The notes under the pieces were generated by a model that was not told the DNA's origin, made no database searches, and was given only the letters and a program-made list of their open reading frames with translations. Positions 1-13,000 of a stretch of DNA of 64,000 nt are shown in pieces (position 1 is the first letter of the stretch; each line of letters starts with the position of its first letter). The translations under genes and the position numbers were made by a program. This DNA comes from Narcine bancroftii (taxonomy: Eukaryota): contig NC_091479.1 in NCBI RefSeq assembly GCF_036971445.1, forward strand, positions 5,642,001 through 5,706,000, read 5' to 3'.

Positions 1-559
1 TCTCTCCTTTTTAGTAATAATTTGCTTCCTCAGTCCTCCTTCCTGAGTGGATATTGTCAGTAGTGTCAGGAGGGTTGGTGTCACCCAGTCTGATAACTCA
101 TGGTGTCACCACCCCCTCCCCCCATGGACCTCCCATATCAGACCATACAGAATCTTTTGTACTAAAGACCACCACATTGTAGCTAAAACACCAGAAAATT
201 TGACAAAAGCAGCGACTATAAAAACACCAGCAGCAATGAAAACAACAGCATGTGCCGGTAGCGCGGGCAGACGGAAGCGTTGTCATTGAGGAATAACAAA
301 AGCTCTGACCAGAGCCCATTTGAAGGTCAAAAAGTAAATTAGCCGAGAGTTTTAGCCATGTAGGTATATTGATCCATGTAAACTGGGCTTACGAAAAATG
401 TTCTTGTTGTTATAACTAAGTACAGGGATATTTTTATTAAAAAATAATAAATTTATGCTAAAATGCTGCTCAAAAATTTTATAGACAGTCAATTTGGTGT
501 TCCTGGGGGCCCTAGTTTCCTCCCACCATTCAAAACGTACAGGGGGTGTAGATTAATTA

Positions 560-917
560 CCGAGATAGAGGTGCACCAAAGAAGAGGTACAAGGACTGCT
601 TAAAGAAATCTCTTGGTGCCTGCCCCATTGACCACCGCCAGTGAGCTGATCTCGCCTCTAACCGCGCATCTTGGCGCCTCACAGTTCGGCGGGCAGCAAC
701 CTCCTTTGAAGAAGACCGCAGAGCCCACCTCACTGACAAAAGACAAAGGAGGAAAAACCCAACACCCAACCCCAACCCACCAATTTTCCCCTGCAACCGC
801 TGCAACCGTGTCTGCCTGTCCCGCCTCGGACTTGTCAGCCACCAACGAGCCTGCAGCTGACGTGGACATTACCTCTCCTTAAATCTTCGTCCGCGAAGCC
901 AAGCCAAAGAAAGAAAG
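560..917 (+). mobile_element. RTE LINE 3' fragment inserted in a tRNA-SINE
   Basis: Same family (..GTCCGCGAAGCCAAGCCAAAGAAAGAAAG tail). SINE sequence flanks it at about 495-559 and 918-990. Confidence 0.9.
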
Positions 918-1714
918 AATTAGGCGGCATGGACTCGTGGGATGAAAGGCCCTGTTACCGTGCTGTATGTCTAAATTTAAATCTAAATATTCTGCTAATT
1001 TGCACCAGCTTACACAATAAAAATGTATTCATGGAATATATATTTTATGAGCAAGCTCAAACCTAACTAAAAATTAAACACATTGGTGTCTCTGGAATCA
1101 CATTTAGACCAAGACTGTAAAGATGGCAGATGTGAACTACAAACTTCATGAACGATACAAACTTTTTATTCTCTTGATGTCGCGATTCTTTTCCAGTGAA
1201 GTCTCAGTGCAGAATGAGGCAAATCCTGCAGCAGGGTTTGCTTCTGTGATGCTGCACTGCCCTCTGCTGGGCGGTATTTTAATTTCCTCATTGCTGATCC
1301 TGAGGGGTTCATTGATGATTCCCAGTGGTGTGGAAACTAAATCTTCATTTTTATTACATTTAGCCATTCAGCAGGGTAACAGGCCCTTTTAGACCACAAG
1401 CCTGTGCCGTTCAATTACACCCAATTGCCCTACAACTCAGGGTAAATTTTTTGGGCCAGTGGGAGGAAACCAGAACCCCCGGGGAAACCCATGCAGACAC
1501 GAGAGAGTGTACAAACTCCTTACTGACGGCGCCGGATTCGAACCCCAGTCCCAGTCGCTGGTTCTGTAACAGTGTTGGACTTACAACTACGCCAACCATG
1601 CCGCCCAAGGACAGGATTTATGAACATTTGGAGAAGTCCAGCTTGGCGTCGGGAGGGGAAGGTCGTGCGTCACGAGCCTTCATTAAAGTTTTTGAGGAGG
1701 TAACAATAGAAATT

Positions 1715-1936
1715 GATGAGGGCAGGGCAGTAGACATGGTCTACATGATGAGGTAGGGCGGTAGACATGGTCTACATGATGAGGTAGGGCGGTAGATGAG
1801 GTCTACATGATGAGGGCAGGGCGGTAGATGAGGTCTACATGATGAGGGCAGGGTGGTAGATGAGGTCTACATGATGAGGGCAGGGCGGTAGATGAGGTCT
1901 ACATGATGAGGGTGGGACAGTAGATGTGGTCTACAT
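1715..1936 (+). repeat. 7 x 31-32-bp minisatellite derived from CR1 RT coding sequence
   Basis: GATGAGGGCAGGGCGGTAGATGAGGTCTACAT units lie between IKVFEEVT and MDFSKAFDKVP of a CR1 fragment (about 1607-1975). Confidence 0.9.
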
Positions 1937-1976
1937 GGATTTTAGTAAGGCATTTGACAAGGTCCCCCAATGAGAA

Positions 1977-2365
1977 ACCCGTTCCCCATCAACGTGATCT
2001 AGCAGGGTCGTTGTCTGAAGAGGGTGCACAAAATAATTGAGGACCCCTTCCATGCTGCACACAGCATCTTTCAGTGGCTCCCAACAGGGAAGAGATCCAG
2101 GAGGATCAGAGCCAGCACCACCAGGCTGAGGAACAGCTTTTTCCCACAGGCTGTGAAAATGGTGAACGACCAAAGGAACTGCTCACATGCACAGAACAAA
2201 ATTTATTTATTTATTTTTATAGATTACTACTTGTCCTGCATGTGTCCTGTTTATCTGTATGTGTGTTATGTCTGGTTGTGTGTCTGAGTGTTTTGAAATG
2301 AGGATCAGAGATCCCTGTTTTGTCGGGTTGTACTTGTACAATGGGATGGCAATAAATTTGACGAT
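1977..2365 (+). mobile_element. Rex/Babar-type LINE 3' fragment
   Basis: IIEDPFHAAHSIFQWLPTGKR..TTRLRNSFFPQAV. Confidence 0.8.
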
Positions 2366-2819
2366 TCTAAAAACCACTTTCTCCCAGACACCTGGCTTAC
2401 TGGATGCTGGGGTCCTTGGATGCATTTCTCTCTGAATACCTGTCCTGGATAATTAGCTTCCTGAAAGCCTGATATCCCAGACATTTGGCTCCCTGGACAC
2501 CTAGTTCAGTTAGCACTAAGCTTTCTTGGGAGCTGGCATCCTAGACACCTAGTTCCCCGGTAACCTGCCACCATGGTCATTGCCCCAGGATAACTGTTTC
2601 ACTATGCACGTACTTCTCTGGATAATTGGTTACTGGACACCATTTTTATGGAACAACATGGGTTCCCAGCCACCGGACTACTGAATATCTGCCTCCCAAA
2701 CATGAGTTCCCTGCTTCTTGGATGCTAAACTTCGTAGGTACCTAACTCCTTGCACATCAGCCTCTTTGTACAATGGCAAATAAGGCTAATGTAAACCTAA
2801 TGACCAGCTAATTATTGGC

Positions 2820-3418
2820 CTCAATGGATTGAGCATGGGAATTGGGATGTTTTGGTGAAGTTGAATAAGACATTGGTGAGGCCACATTTGGAATATTGTG
2901 TGCAGATTTGGTCACCTAACTACAGGAAAGATATTAATGAGATTGAAAGAGTGAAGAAAAGATTTAGGAGGATGTTGCCCAGATTTCAGGAACTGAGTGA
3001 TAGGGAAAGGTTCAACAGGTTAGGACTTGATTTCCTGGAGCGTAGAAGAATGAGGGGAGATTTGATCGAGATATTTAAAATTATGAGGGGGGTGGACGGA
3101 GGAACTGTAGATCAGCTTTTTCCACTGAGGGTGGGTGAGATACAAACCAGAGGACATGGGTTAAGGGTGAAAGGGGAAAAGTTTAGGGGGAACATGAGGG
3201 GGAACTTCTTCACACAGAGAGTGGTGGGAATGTGGAATGAGCTACCAGTTCTATTTTAACATTCAAGAAGAATTTGGATAGGTACATGGATGGGAAAGGT
3301 ATGGAGGGATATGGACTGGGTACAGGTCAGTGGGACTAGACAGAATAGTAGCTGGCACAGGCTAGGAAGGCTGAAGGGCCTGTTTTTGTTCTGTAATGTT
3401 TGATGGTTCTATGGTTCT
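2820..3418 (+). mobile_element. CR1 LINE 3' fragment
   Basis: [37 protein letters not shown], with a ..ATGGTTCTATGGTTCT tail. Confidence 0.93.
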
Positions 3419-3824
3419 TGCATTTCAAGACAATCATTATTTTGAACTGAGAGTACTGTAGTTAGAATAAAACAAAGCACTCACACAGAATGTCAATTCC
3501 CCTTTGCCAGGGCTTTTGCAGCATTGACTTTGAGTCTTGATATATATCAAAGATAGTCTTGGTTTACCTTGATCATGGTGGTCTCGTGCACCAAGTGACG
3601 GAGTGCAACCTGGACTCAACCTGTAGAAAAACAAAATGCATAGATTAGTTGCAGAGAGCGCTGCCTATGTACAGAAGAACTGGTTCTGTTTCAAGTTGGG
3701 AGGAGACGGCTATAATCAGTTGTTGCAAATATTGCCTTGTTCTCACATCTCCCGAGGATTAGTTCCGGAAGGTTCTGACACTCCCTTGGACATGCTGACG
3801 CAAGGGGCACGCTGAATTGCCTAT

Positions 3825-4365
3825 TAGAACCATAGAACATAACAGCATAGAAAACAGGCCCCTTCAGCCCTTCTAGTCTTTGTCAAACCATTTTTTTGTC
3901 TAGTCCCACTGACCTGCACCCAGTCCCTAGTCCTCCATAACCCTCCCATCCAAGGACCTGTCCAAATTCTGCTTAAATGTTAAAATTGAGCTCGCATCCA
4001 CCACCACAGCTGGCAGCTCGTTCCACACTCCCACCACTCTCTGTGTGAAGATGTTACCCCTCATGTTCCCCCTTTCACTCTTAACCCATGTCCTCTGGTT
4101 TGTATCTCACCAAGCCTCAGTGGAAAAAGCCAACCTACATTTATTCTGTCTAGACCCCTCATAATTTTAAATACGTCTATCAAATCTCCCTCATTCTTCT
4201 ACACTCCAGCGAATAAAGTCCTAACCTATTTAACCTTTCCCCATAACTTAGTGCCTGAAGTCTGGGCAACATTCTAGTAAATTTTTTCTGTACTCTTTCA
4301 ATTTCATTCACATCTTTCCTTCTGACCAAAATGGCACCCAATGCTCCAAATCTGGCCTCACCAAT
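3825..4365 (-). mobile_element. CR1 LINE 3' fragment
   Basis: [25 protein letters not shown] on the minus strand; AGAACCATAGAACAT tail. Confidence 0.9.
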
Positions 4366-6399
4366 GCCCAACACCAATGTTACCATGTAGCAATTGTAAC
4401 TGGAAAATGTTAAATGACACCTTATGATTACAAAGAATATTCTGCTTTTTAAAAAAATGATCTTGATTATAGAATGGAGAATTATTTTCTCCCCAATGCT
4501 GGTGTTTACTAACTGCACCTTGCACAGTAAATACGTTAGATGAAAATGTTGCATTTACTGAGAAACTTGTTTTTATCTTGAATTACAAAATCTTTTTGAA
4601 TATTTTATCACCAACTACCTCAGCAAGTGTGTTAGATGCGATCATTCAAACTACAGGACAAAAAATGATTTGATCCACAGAAAATAAAAGGGCAAAAGAT
4701 AAAAATCAAAGAGAATTTGCTGTTTAAACACTGACAAGCAATCGATTGCTACAGAAACACTGGACAAATAAAACGGGATTAAATCCAGTCTCTCATCTCA
4801 CCCCAGTTCACCAAAATCAAAATAACGTTTGCAATGATTATTGCTGCATCTCCTATGAGCGTTGTGGCTAGAGAACACTGCTACAACGCTGTGATTATTC
4901 ACTCACCACAGGGCCGTTCTGTGAGGCAGCACTGAGCTCCTGTTTGATGGAGTCACGCCCAGAGAAAGCTGCAACACACTCAAATATTTCTGATACTTCA
5001 TTTCTTCAAGATTTCAAATGTGGCTGCAGCAACGTCGTAGCCTATTCAACACAGCAGGACAAGGCAATCCTCTCAGCTCTGGGAAGCGGCCATTGTACGA
5101 GATGAATCTAGTCTCTGCAGAACCATATCGTGATATGAAATTGATGTGGAAATTCTCAGAGGAAATGTGAAGGTGAGGCAGGCAATGGGCAGTAATAAAC
5201 TGGTCGAGTATCAGCAGTTTGTCCCAGAGCAAACCTTGCCAGAAGCATTCATCAACGTCTCCTCACATGATTCAGACGGATATGATCATTCATAACTAAA
5301 AATATAAATAAAATCATAACACCTCGATGAAGGGCTCAAGCCCGAAACATTGGTTCTGTATCTTTATCTTTGCTACATAAAGGACACTGTTTGACCTGCT
5401 GAGTTTTTACTGAAATAAAATTAACCCGTGGATCTATGGTAATGTATTAAAACTCTGGAGTCCTGTGAATATTTAATGATATAGAAAAACAAATGGTTTC
5501 TTTTGTATTCAGCAAGTTATTAAGAAGTAAAGGCATGGACTCTGGCTACCCTCATGTGGCCTTTATCAATATAGCGTTGCGAGAGACCCACATAGAACGA
5601 TTTAACTGCATTATTAAACACAGGTAAATTGGAGTACTGTCAGCCAAACTTCATTAGCCTTTCCATTGGAGCCAGTTGCCTGTCATTCGCTCTGCATTTG
5701 ATTGAGCTGAGACTTGACTCATGACTATTCATGACATAGGATGCCATGGGTGCTCTGTGGTTAGCAAGGGATTACTTAAGGTGGTGTGTGAATGGAAAGA
5801 AAAAAGGTTGAGAACAACTGGTTTAAAGGGACATGGCATTACCACAGACTAGAATAGATCAAAGTGTCTGTCCATATAACTCTCTGTGTAAACAAGTCTT
5901 TGGATAGGCCTTGTTCATTCCCATCAGTCAGAGAAATGACGAAAAGGTCGTTGACCCAAGACATTAACTATATTTCTGCGTTTTTTCAGTATGTTTGTTT
6001 TTAACCAGTATCTGCTTTTATAGTTTATCCCTGACTGCTCAGACATCTCACACCCACACATGTTCATGCACTGAGCTGCCTGTCACTTCCCGTTCCTTCT
6101 CAGTTCTGGGGAACTTGAGGGAAGATTTGATTAGAATTGTCCAATTACATTCACCACAGTGTGTTCCTGGCAGCATTGACACTTGGTGGAAATCACGACT
6201 GGTCTTTCCTAAAATTAGTCGTAAATGATGGGTAACTGCAAGGAAGACCAGCAATGCTTCAAAGTGAACAGGTTGCACCCTAGATTATTGAATGGAAGTT
6301 ATTGGAGATAACAGAAGGTTTGGACTCTCTCCATACCAGGAGTGCATTAGAACGTTGCAAATGATCATCAAAGAGTAGAAGAACATGCCTGGAGGACCG

Positions 6400-6900
6400 T
6401 AGAACATTACGGCACAGTTGTGCCGACCCACATATTCCTACCCTACCTCATCACCCTCGATTTTCCAATCATCCACGTATCTGTCACAGAGTCTCTTAAA
6501 CACCCCCAATGTTCCAGCCTCCACCACCACCCCTGGCAAAGCATTCCAGTCCCCCAAAACTCTGTGTAAAAAAAAAACTTACCCCTGACGTCTCCCCGAA
6601 ACTTCCCTCCCTTCACGTTGTACTCATGTCCCCTGGTGTTTGCTATCTCCTGCCCTGGGAAACAGGCGCTGGCTGTCCACCCTATGCCTCTCAGAAGACC
6701 TCGATCAAGTCTCCTCTCATCTTTCGATGTTCCAAAGAGAAAAGTCCCAGCTCTGCTAACCTGACCTCATGAGACTTATTTCCCAATCCAGGCAACATCC
6801 TGGTAAATCTCCTCTGTACCATCTCCATAGCTTCCACATCCTTCCTATAATGAGGTGACCAGATCTGAACACAATACTCCAAATGTTGTCTCACCAGAGG
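6400..6900 (-). mobile_element. CR1 LINE 3' fragment
   Basis: HLEYCVQIWSPHYRKD..VQRRFTRMLPG..RKMRGDLIEVF. Confidence 0.9.
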
Positions 6901-7774
6901 TCATGCAGTATCCAGAGTTCCTCTGCAAACATTTCTTATTTCACCTCAATCAGTTTAATCTCAGTTTTAGGGAAGTATTATAAACAACAAGGAGAAAACA
7001 TTAATCGACACTTGTAATGTCTATGGGATCACATTATGTTGCTGCAAGAACAGGTAAATTGACAACAGCCGAGTTAAACAGAACGTCTGCTATTCAAAGT
7101 GGTAACTCTCAAATGAACAGCATTGTATACATGAACATATAAAAGTGGATGATGTTGTGTATTTTGGTAGAAGAGAGCTAGCACAGAATCAGCATTAATT
7201 TTCTGGTGAATTATCCTTGATCACCAGCATTTTGTTTTGGAAAAACTTGGTCTGTCACTCACTGCAGATGCTGGTTGGCCAGCTGAGAAATTCTAGCACT
7301 TCTATTTCATTTTGGGGTAATTCGAAGCAGATGACAATGGCAACTTTGCCGGTGATGTCTGTATCCTGAAAAATTTATCTAAAAATCAGGTCGGATTTTC
7401 ACAAAACAAAATAAATCAAAATGTAAATTCTGCGTTCTATGTTGCCAGCATAGAATTCAAAGTGGGAAAGTAACCTGACTTTCCAGGTAGACATCAAATG
7501 AAGGTGTTTTCTTAATTTTTATTGTTTAATATTAAAATATTTAAGATGTAATTAAGGACTTAATTTGTCATCGAGACCAGAATCCAGTGATGTATTGAGT
7601 TCTTTGGGCTTAATTAATTGTAAAATCGTATGGAGGACGTTGCAGCACTGATTCAACGTGGTGCCCACCTGTGTAAACCTACTCAACCACAATCCCCACT
7701 TCACACCCATGACCCTTTCTTTTCTTATAATAAAAGAATTAAATTGTATTTTATAGTCAGTGCAAAGAACATGG

Positions 7775-8317
7775 ATTGCAGATCTACACCTATTTCCTGC
7801 GAAGGCCAAGGAAAGTCCATTTCCCACCCTCCATCCTCACTACGTTCCACAGAGGATATATCGAGAGCATCCTGTGCAACTGCATCACTACCTGTTTTGG
7901 AAGCTGTAGCCCCTCGGAGCCCAAAGCCCTGCAGTGGATGGTGAAGTCAGCGGAAAAGATAATTGGGGGCCTCTATTCCTACCATGAAGGACATTTATAA
8001 CACTCGATGCAGGCAATTGTGAAGGACTCCACACACCCCTCATATAAACTGTTCTCCCTTCTGCCATCTGATAGGAGGTACCATGGCACTCGGGCCCGTA
8101 CGTTCAGATTGGGCAACTGTTTCTTCCCCCCAAGCCATCAGACTCCTGAACTCCCAGAACAGATGTGGATACGGTACCATGGACTGTTACTATAAATGCC
8201 TTAATATTTTACTGTGTTAAACTTATTTTCTGTGCTCCATGGTCCTGGAGAGATGCTATCTCGTCTTTACTGTGAGATGGTATGAACAATAAATAAAGGG
8301 AACTTGATTTAACTTGA
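7775..8317 (+). mobile_element. Rex/Babar-type LINE 3' fragment
   Basis: [28 protein letters not shown]..; tail AATAAAGGGAACTTGATTTAACTTGA. Confidence 0.8.
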
Positions 8318-9639
8318 GACTCTGCACAAATGAAAAGCCTGAATAATTCATCAACAGATTCACACTTAATTAAATGTGATGTAATGAGGTGGCCCTCATC
8401 AGGGCACTTCTGTTTTGTGTGATCACATCCTTCAACTCAGCTTCATCTTTTGGGGATAACATCAACAACATATTTGTTGCTTGAAACATTTTGCAGGCAA
8501 GATGAGAGAATAAATCCCCAGCCTTAGGGCATCTTTTCAGACTCAGTCACTTTTATCCCAATGCAGCTATGCAGCACGGTAACAGACCCTTCCGGCCCTT
8601 GAGTCCATGCTGCCCAATTAGACCCAATTGATCTACACCCCTGGTATGTTTTGGAGCCCCCCGGGGAAAAGTCACGCAGACATGGGGAGAACATACCATC
8701 TCCTTACAGACAACACAGGATTCGAACCCCGGTTGGTGTGCTGTAAATGTGATACCACCTCCAGACAGATCTCCCCTTCCTCACCCCTTCAGTATTTTGA
8801 ATGCATCATTCTCTCCACGACCCTGTCACTCACAAACGTCGGTTTGCATCTTTATCTCCTGCCTCTGGCCGAGTTTCTCAGCATTTGTTTCCTCTTTTCT
8901 GTCTCCCTCCTTTATAGAGAAAAAAAGGACATTTACTATTTTTCAATACAATTGATTTACAAACAGGAATGTAATGTTACATGACTTTAGGCGGACAGAG
9001 GTTCACCATGAGCATTGCCCGGCACCCCTTACAGGAAGAGAAGGCACGATTCCCCCCGCCAGTGAGTGTCCACGGATTCGCCTCCAGCCTCCAGGCTCCT
9101 GTTCAAACCATCAGCCGCCCGAGCCCCGCATCCAAACCGCCGACACGAGGAGGAGACCATCAGGGCCCAGGGCCCTTTGGACGCCGTTCCTCCCCTCAGC
9201 ACGCTCCTGTATCCCGGTTCCGATACCTAGTTCCCACGAGCCCGTCTCCAGCAGCCCGCCACCTGGTCTGAGGGCCTTGGACCTCAGGTGTTCAGGAGTC
9301 TGCGGCCTGTATGGGTCCCTTCACCCTCTGGGCCATTCGCTGCTCCGCGGTCGAGGTCACTGTCACCCACCCACCCCAGCGGAACATTCCAGCATCAACC
9401 AGCCCCTGAACAGGATCCCACCTCCCCCCGAAACCCTCGTCCTCGCCCCTTAAACCTGCGCCTGCCCCAACCTGCTGCTTCTACCTGGGGAAGAACATCC
9501 TGACCAATCTCCTCCCGTTATAAACGGGTCCATTTTATAGATTCCACCACCTGACACGTCTACTTCCTCCCCACAGGGACCCGCCACCCCCGTGACTCCC
9601 TCGTCCAATCACCGCCTGAGGCCGCACAGGTTGCCACCA

Positions 9640-9968
9640 GCGGGCCGCCTCCTGCAGTTTGCCCGAGCCGACAGCAGATGGCGGCGTTACCCCCACCATG
9701 TCGACTCGTGCAGTTTACCCGATCGGACAGCAGATGGCGGCGTTACCCCCACCATATCGACCCGTGCAGTTTACCCGATCGGACAGCAGATGGCGGCGTT
9801 ACCCCCACCATATCGACCCGTGCAGTTTACCCGATCGGACAGCAGATGGCGGCGTTACCCCCACCATATCGACCCGTGCAGTTTACCCGATCGGACAGCA
9901 GATGGCGGCGTTACCCCCAGCGGACCGCCTCCTGCAGTTTGCGCGACCCGACAGCAGATGGCGGCGCT
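9640..9968 (+). promoter_or_regulatory. TARS3 CpG-island promoter/5'UTR with a 6 x 56-bp tandem array carrying CTCF/YY1-like motifs
   Basis: ACAGCAGATGGCGGCG occurs at 9671, 9727, 9783, 9839, 9895 and 9951, a 56-bp period. It resembles the CTCF core CCASYAGRKGGCR and the YY1 core AGATGGCG. Confidence 0.7.
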
Positions 9969-10003
9969 CCCTTCACTGCGGCTGCGCGGAGCCCGGAGTT
10001 GCC

Positions 10004-13000
10004 ATGATGGCGGCCGCCGCGCTGGCTCAGCTCCTGGACAGACAGGAGGCCGAGGTCCGCCAGCTGAGCCTGGCGATGGAGCAGCTGCAGAGCGGCCACG
10101 AGGAGCCGGCGGCCGGGCCGGACTTGCGGAGCCTCCAAGAGGAAAACGAGAGGTTGAGGTACCGGCGGTTGCACCTGCAGCGGAGCCTGCGGGAGGAGCG
10201 AGCGAGAGGCCCGGCCCCAGGGAGCAGCGGCCCTGGGCTCCAGGTTGGGCCCCGGACACCCCCCCCCCCGAAACCCGGACCCCCACCCCCACCCCCCGAA
10301 ACCCGGACCCCCACCCCCACCCCCCGAAACCCGGACCCCCACCCCCACCCCCCCAAACCCGGACCCCCACCCCCACCCCCCCAAACCCGGACCCCCACCC
10401 CCACCCCCCGAAACCCGGACCCCCACCCCCACCCCCCCAAACCCGGACCCCCACCCCCACCCCCCGAAACCCGGACCCCCACCCCCACCCCCCCGAAACC
10501 CGGACCCCCACCCCCCTACCCCCCGAAACCCGGACCCCCACCCCCACCCCCCGAAACCCGGACACCCACCCCCTACCCCCGAAACGCGGACCCCCACCCC
10601 CTACCCCCCGAAACCCGGACCCCCACCCCCACCCCCCGAAACCCGGACCCCCACCCCCACCCCCCGAAACCCGGACCCCCACCCCCACCCCCCCGAAACC
10701 CGGACCCCCACCCCCTACCCCCCGAAACCCGGACCCCCACCCCCACCCCCCCAAACCCGGACACCCACCCACCCCACTCCCCAAAACCCGGACCCCTACA
10801 CCCACCCCCCGAAACCCGGACCCCCACCCCCACCCCCCGAAACCCGGACACCCACCCACCCCACTCCCCGAAACCCGGACCCCCACCCCCCGAAACCCGG
10901 ACCCCCACCCCCACCCCCCGAAACCCGGACCCCCACCCCCTACCCCCCAAAACCCGGACCCCCACCCCCACCCCCCCAAACCCGGACACCCACCCACCCC
11001 ACTCCCCAAAACCCGGACCCCTACACCCACCCCCCGAAACCCGGACCCCCACCCCCACCCCCCCAAACCCGGACACCCACCCACCCCACTCCCCAAAACC
11101 CGGACCCCTACACCCACCCCCCGAAACCCGGACCCCCACCCCCACCCCCCCAAACCCGGACACCCACCCACCCCACTCCCCAAAACCCGGACCCCCACCC
11201 CCTACCCCCCGAAACCCGGACCCCCACCCCCCGAAACCCGGACCCCCACCCCCACCCCCCCAAACCCGGACCCCCACCCCCCGAAACCCGGACCCCCACC
11301 CCCACCCCCCGAAACCCGGACACCCACCCACCCCACCCCCCAAAACCCGGACCCCCACCCCGAAACCCGGACCCCCACCCCGAAACCCGGACACCCACCC
11401 CCCAAAACCTGGACACCCACCCCCTACCCCCGAAACCCGGACACCCACCCCCAAAACCTGGACACCCACCCCCTACCCCCGAAACCCGGACACCCACCCC
11501 CGAAACCCAGACACCCACCCCCCAAAACCCGGACACCCACCCCCAAAACCCGGACACCCACCCCCGAAACCCGGACACCCACCCCCCCACCCCCCAAAAC
11601 CCAGACACCCACCCCCCAAAACCCGGACACCCACCCCCCAAAACCCGGACACCCACCCCCCAAAACCCGGACACCCACCCCCCAAAACCCGGACACCCAC
11701 CCCCCAAAACCCGGACACCCACCCCCCAAAACCCGGACACCCACCCCCCAAAACCCGGACACCCACCCCCCAAAACCCGGACACCCACCCCCCAAAACCC
11801 GGACACCCACCCCCCAAAACCCGGACACCCACCCCCCAAAACCCGGACACCCACCCCCCAAAACCCGGACACCCACCCCCCAAAACCCGGACACCCACCC
11901 CCCAAAACCCGGACACCCACCCCCCAAAACCCGGACACCCACCCCCCAAAACCCGGACACCCACCCCCCAAAACCCGGACACCCACCCCCCAAACCCGGA
12001 CACCCACCCCCCCACCCCCCAAAACCCAGACACCCACCCACTACCCTCGCTCCCCTGGGCACCGGGCCCTCACTGACTTTTTATTATCGCTAGTGGTTTG
12101 CCTCAGGGATAGGTGTGTTGTCTGTATCAAAGATAATAATGTGGCAGATTGGATCAGCAAGCTTGCAGGTGACTCAAAGATTGGAGGCGTTGTGGACAGA
12201 GTGGAAGGCTTTCAAATGGGCTGTTAATATGTACAAATACATATTGCTTGTAAATATGAGAGGACACTGGTAGCCTTGCCTGCCTGGTTCATTCTTCTCG
12301 CAAGTGCAGTCGCTGATATGCCTGCCTGACAAATGAGGGGATGTTGTTTGTCCACGGTAGGTTACTAGCCAAGTGTACTTTAAGGAACTTGGTGCTCTCC
12401 ACTCTCTCGACTACAGAATTGTTGATGTCCTCCGATATTGAGACCAACAGTCCCACTGTCATGAAGACCATAGAGCTATTGCATTATTTTAAAAACCATG
12501 TCCTTCACTCGAAATAATCTGTTATCTGCTCTGGTCTAAATGACTCTCTTAATCCATTGAATCTTAAATGGTTTGAGTAAGTCACCAGTATCATAGCTGT
12601 GAGATTAAAACAGAAGGATAAAACCAGATGACCACCTGGCACCAACCAAAACACTGAATTTGAACTTGGCAAAATAACTATTGACCCAATTAACTTTGGA
12701 AAGTGCTCCATAAAAATCTGGGATGGTTATTAAAATTTGAACAACAGCCTGAAATAACTTCCACTCTCAGAATCGCGCCTTAGAAGCAGACTCATCTCAG
12801 ACTATCATCTCAGACTTTGTCCAATCACATTGGCAGGAAGCGTCAGAGTTTGCAGAGCAAATGGGAAAGAATAATTCTCAGCAATTCTTAGATAGTCTTA
12901 GCATCGGGTCACATTTGTGCAAGAGAATACATATTCTTTCCTTGCTTAGTCAATCAATAAGTTGACCAATATGTGATGAGTATATGGAATGTTGTCTGTG

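Noticed and set aside
100-320. Hydrophobic minus-strand frame (..LPAHAVVFIAAGVFIVAAFV..)
   Set aside because: It has no clear start or splice boundaries and no recognisable family.
2380-2770. Diffuse CCTGGACACCT-like recurrence of about 20 bp
   Set aside because: It is too degenerate to define a unit by eye and is probably an old minisatellite.
9671-9968. CRISPR-like regularly spaced repeat
   Set aside because: The intervening sequences are nearly identical rather than unique spacers, the context is vertebrate, and there are no cas genes.
9592-12227. Long Pro- and Gly-rich ORFs of up to 833 aa in several frames
   Set aside because: They are stop-free translations of minisatellites. Only 10004-10243 is a real exon, ending at a GT donor.
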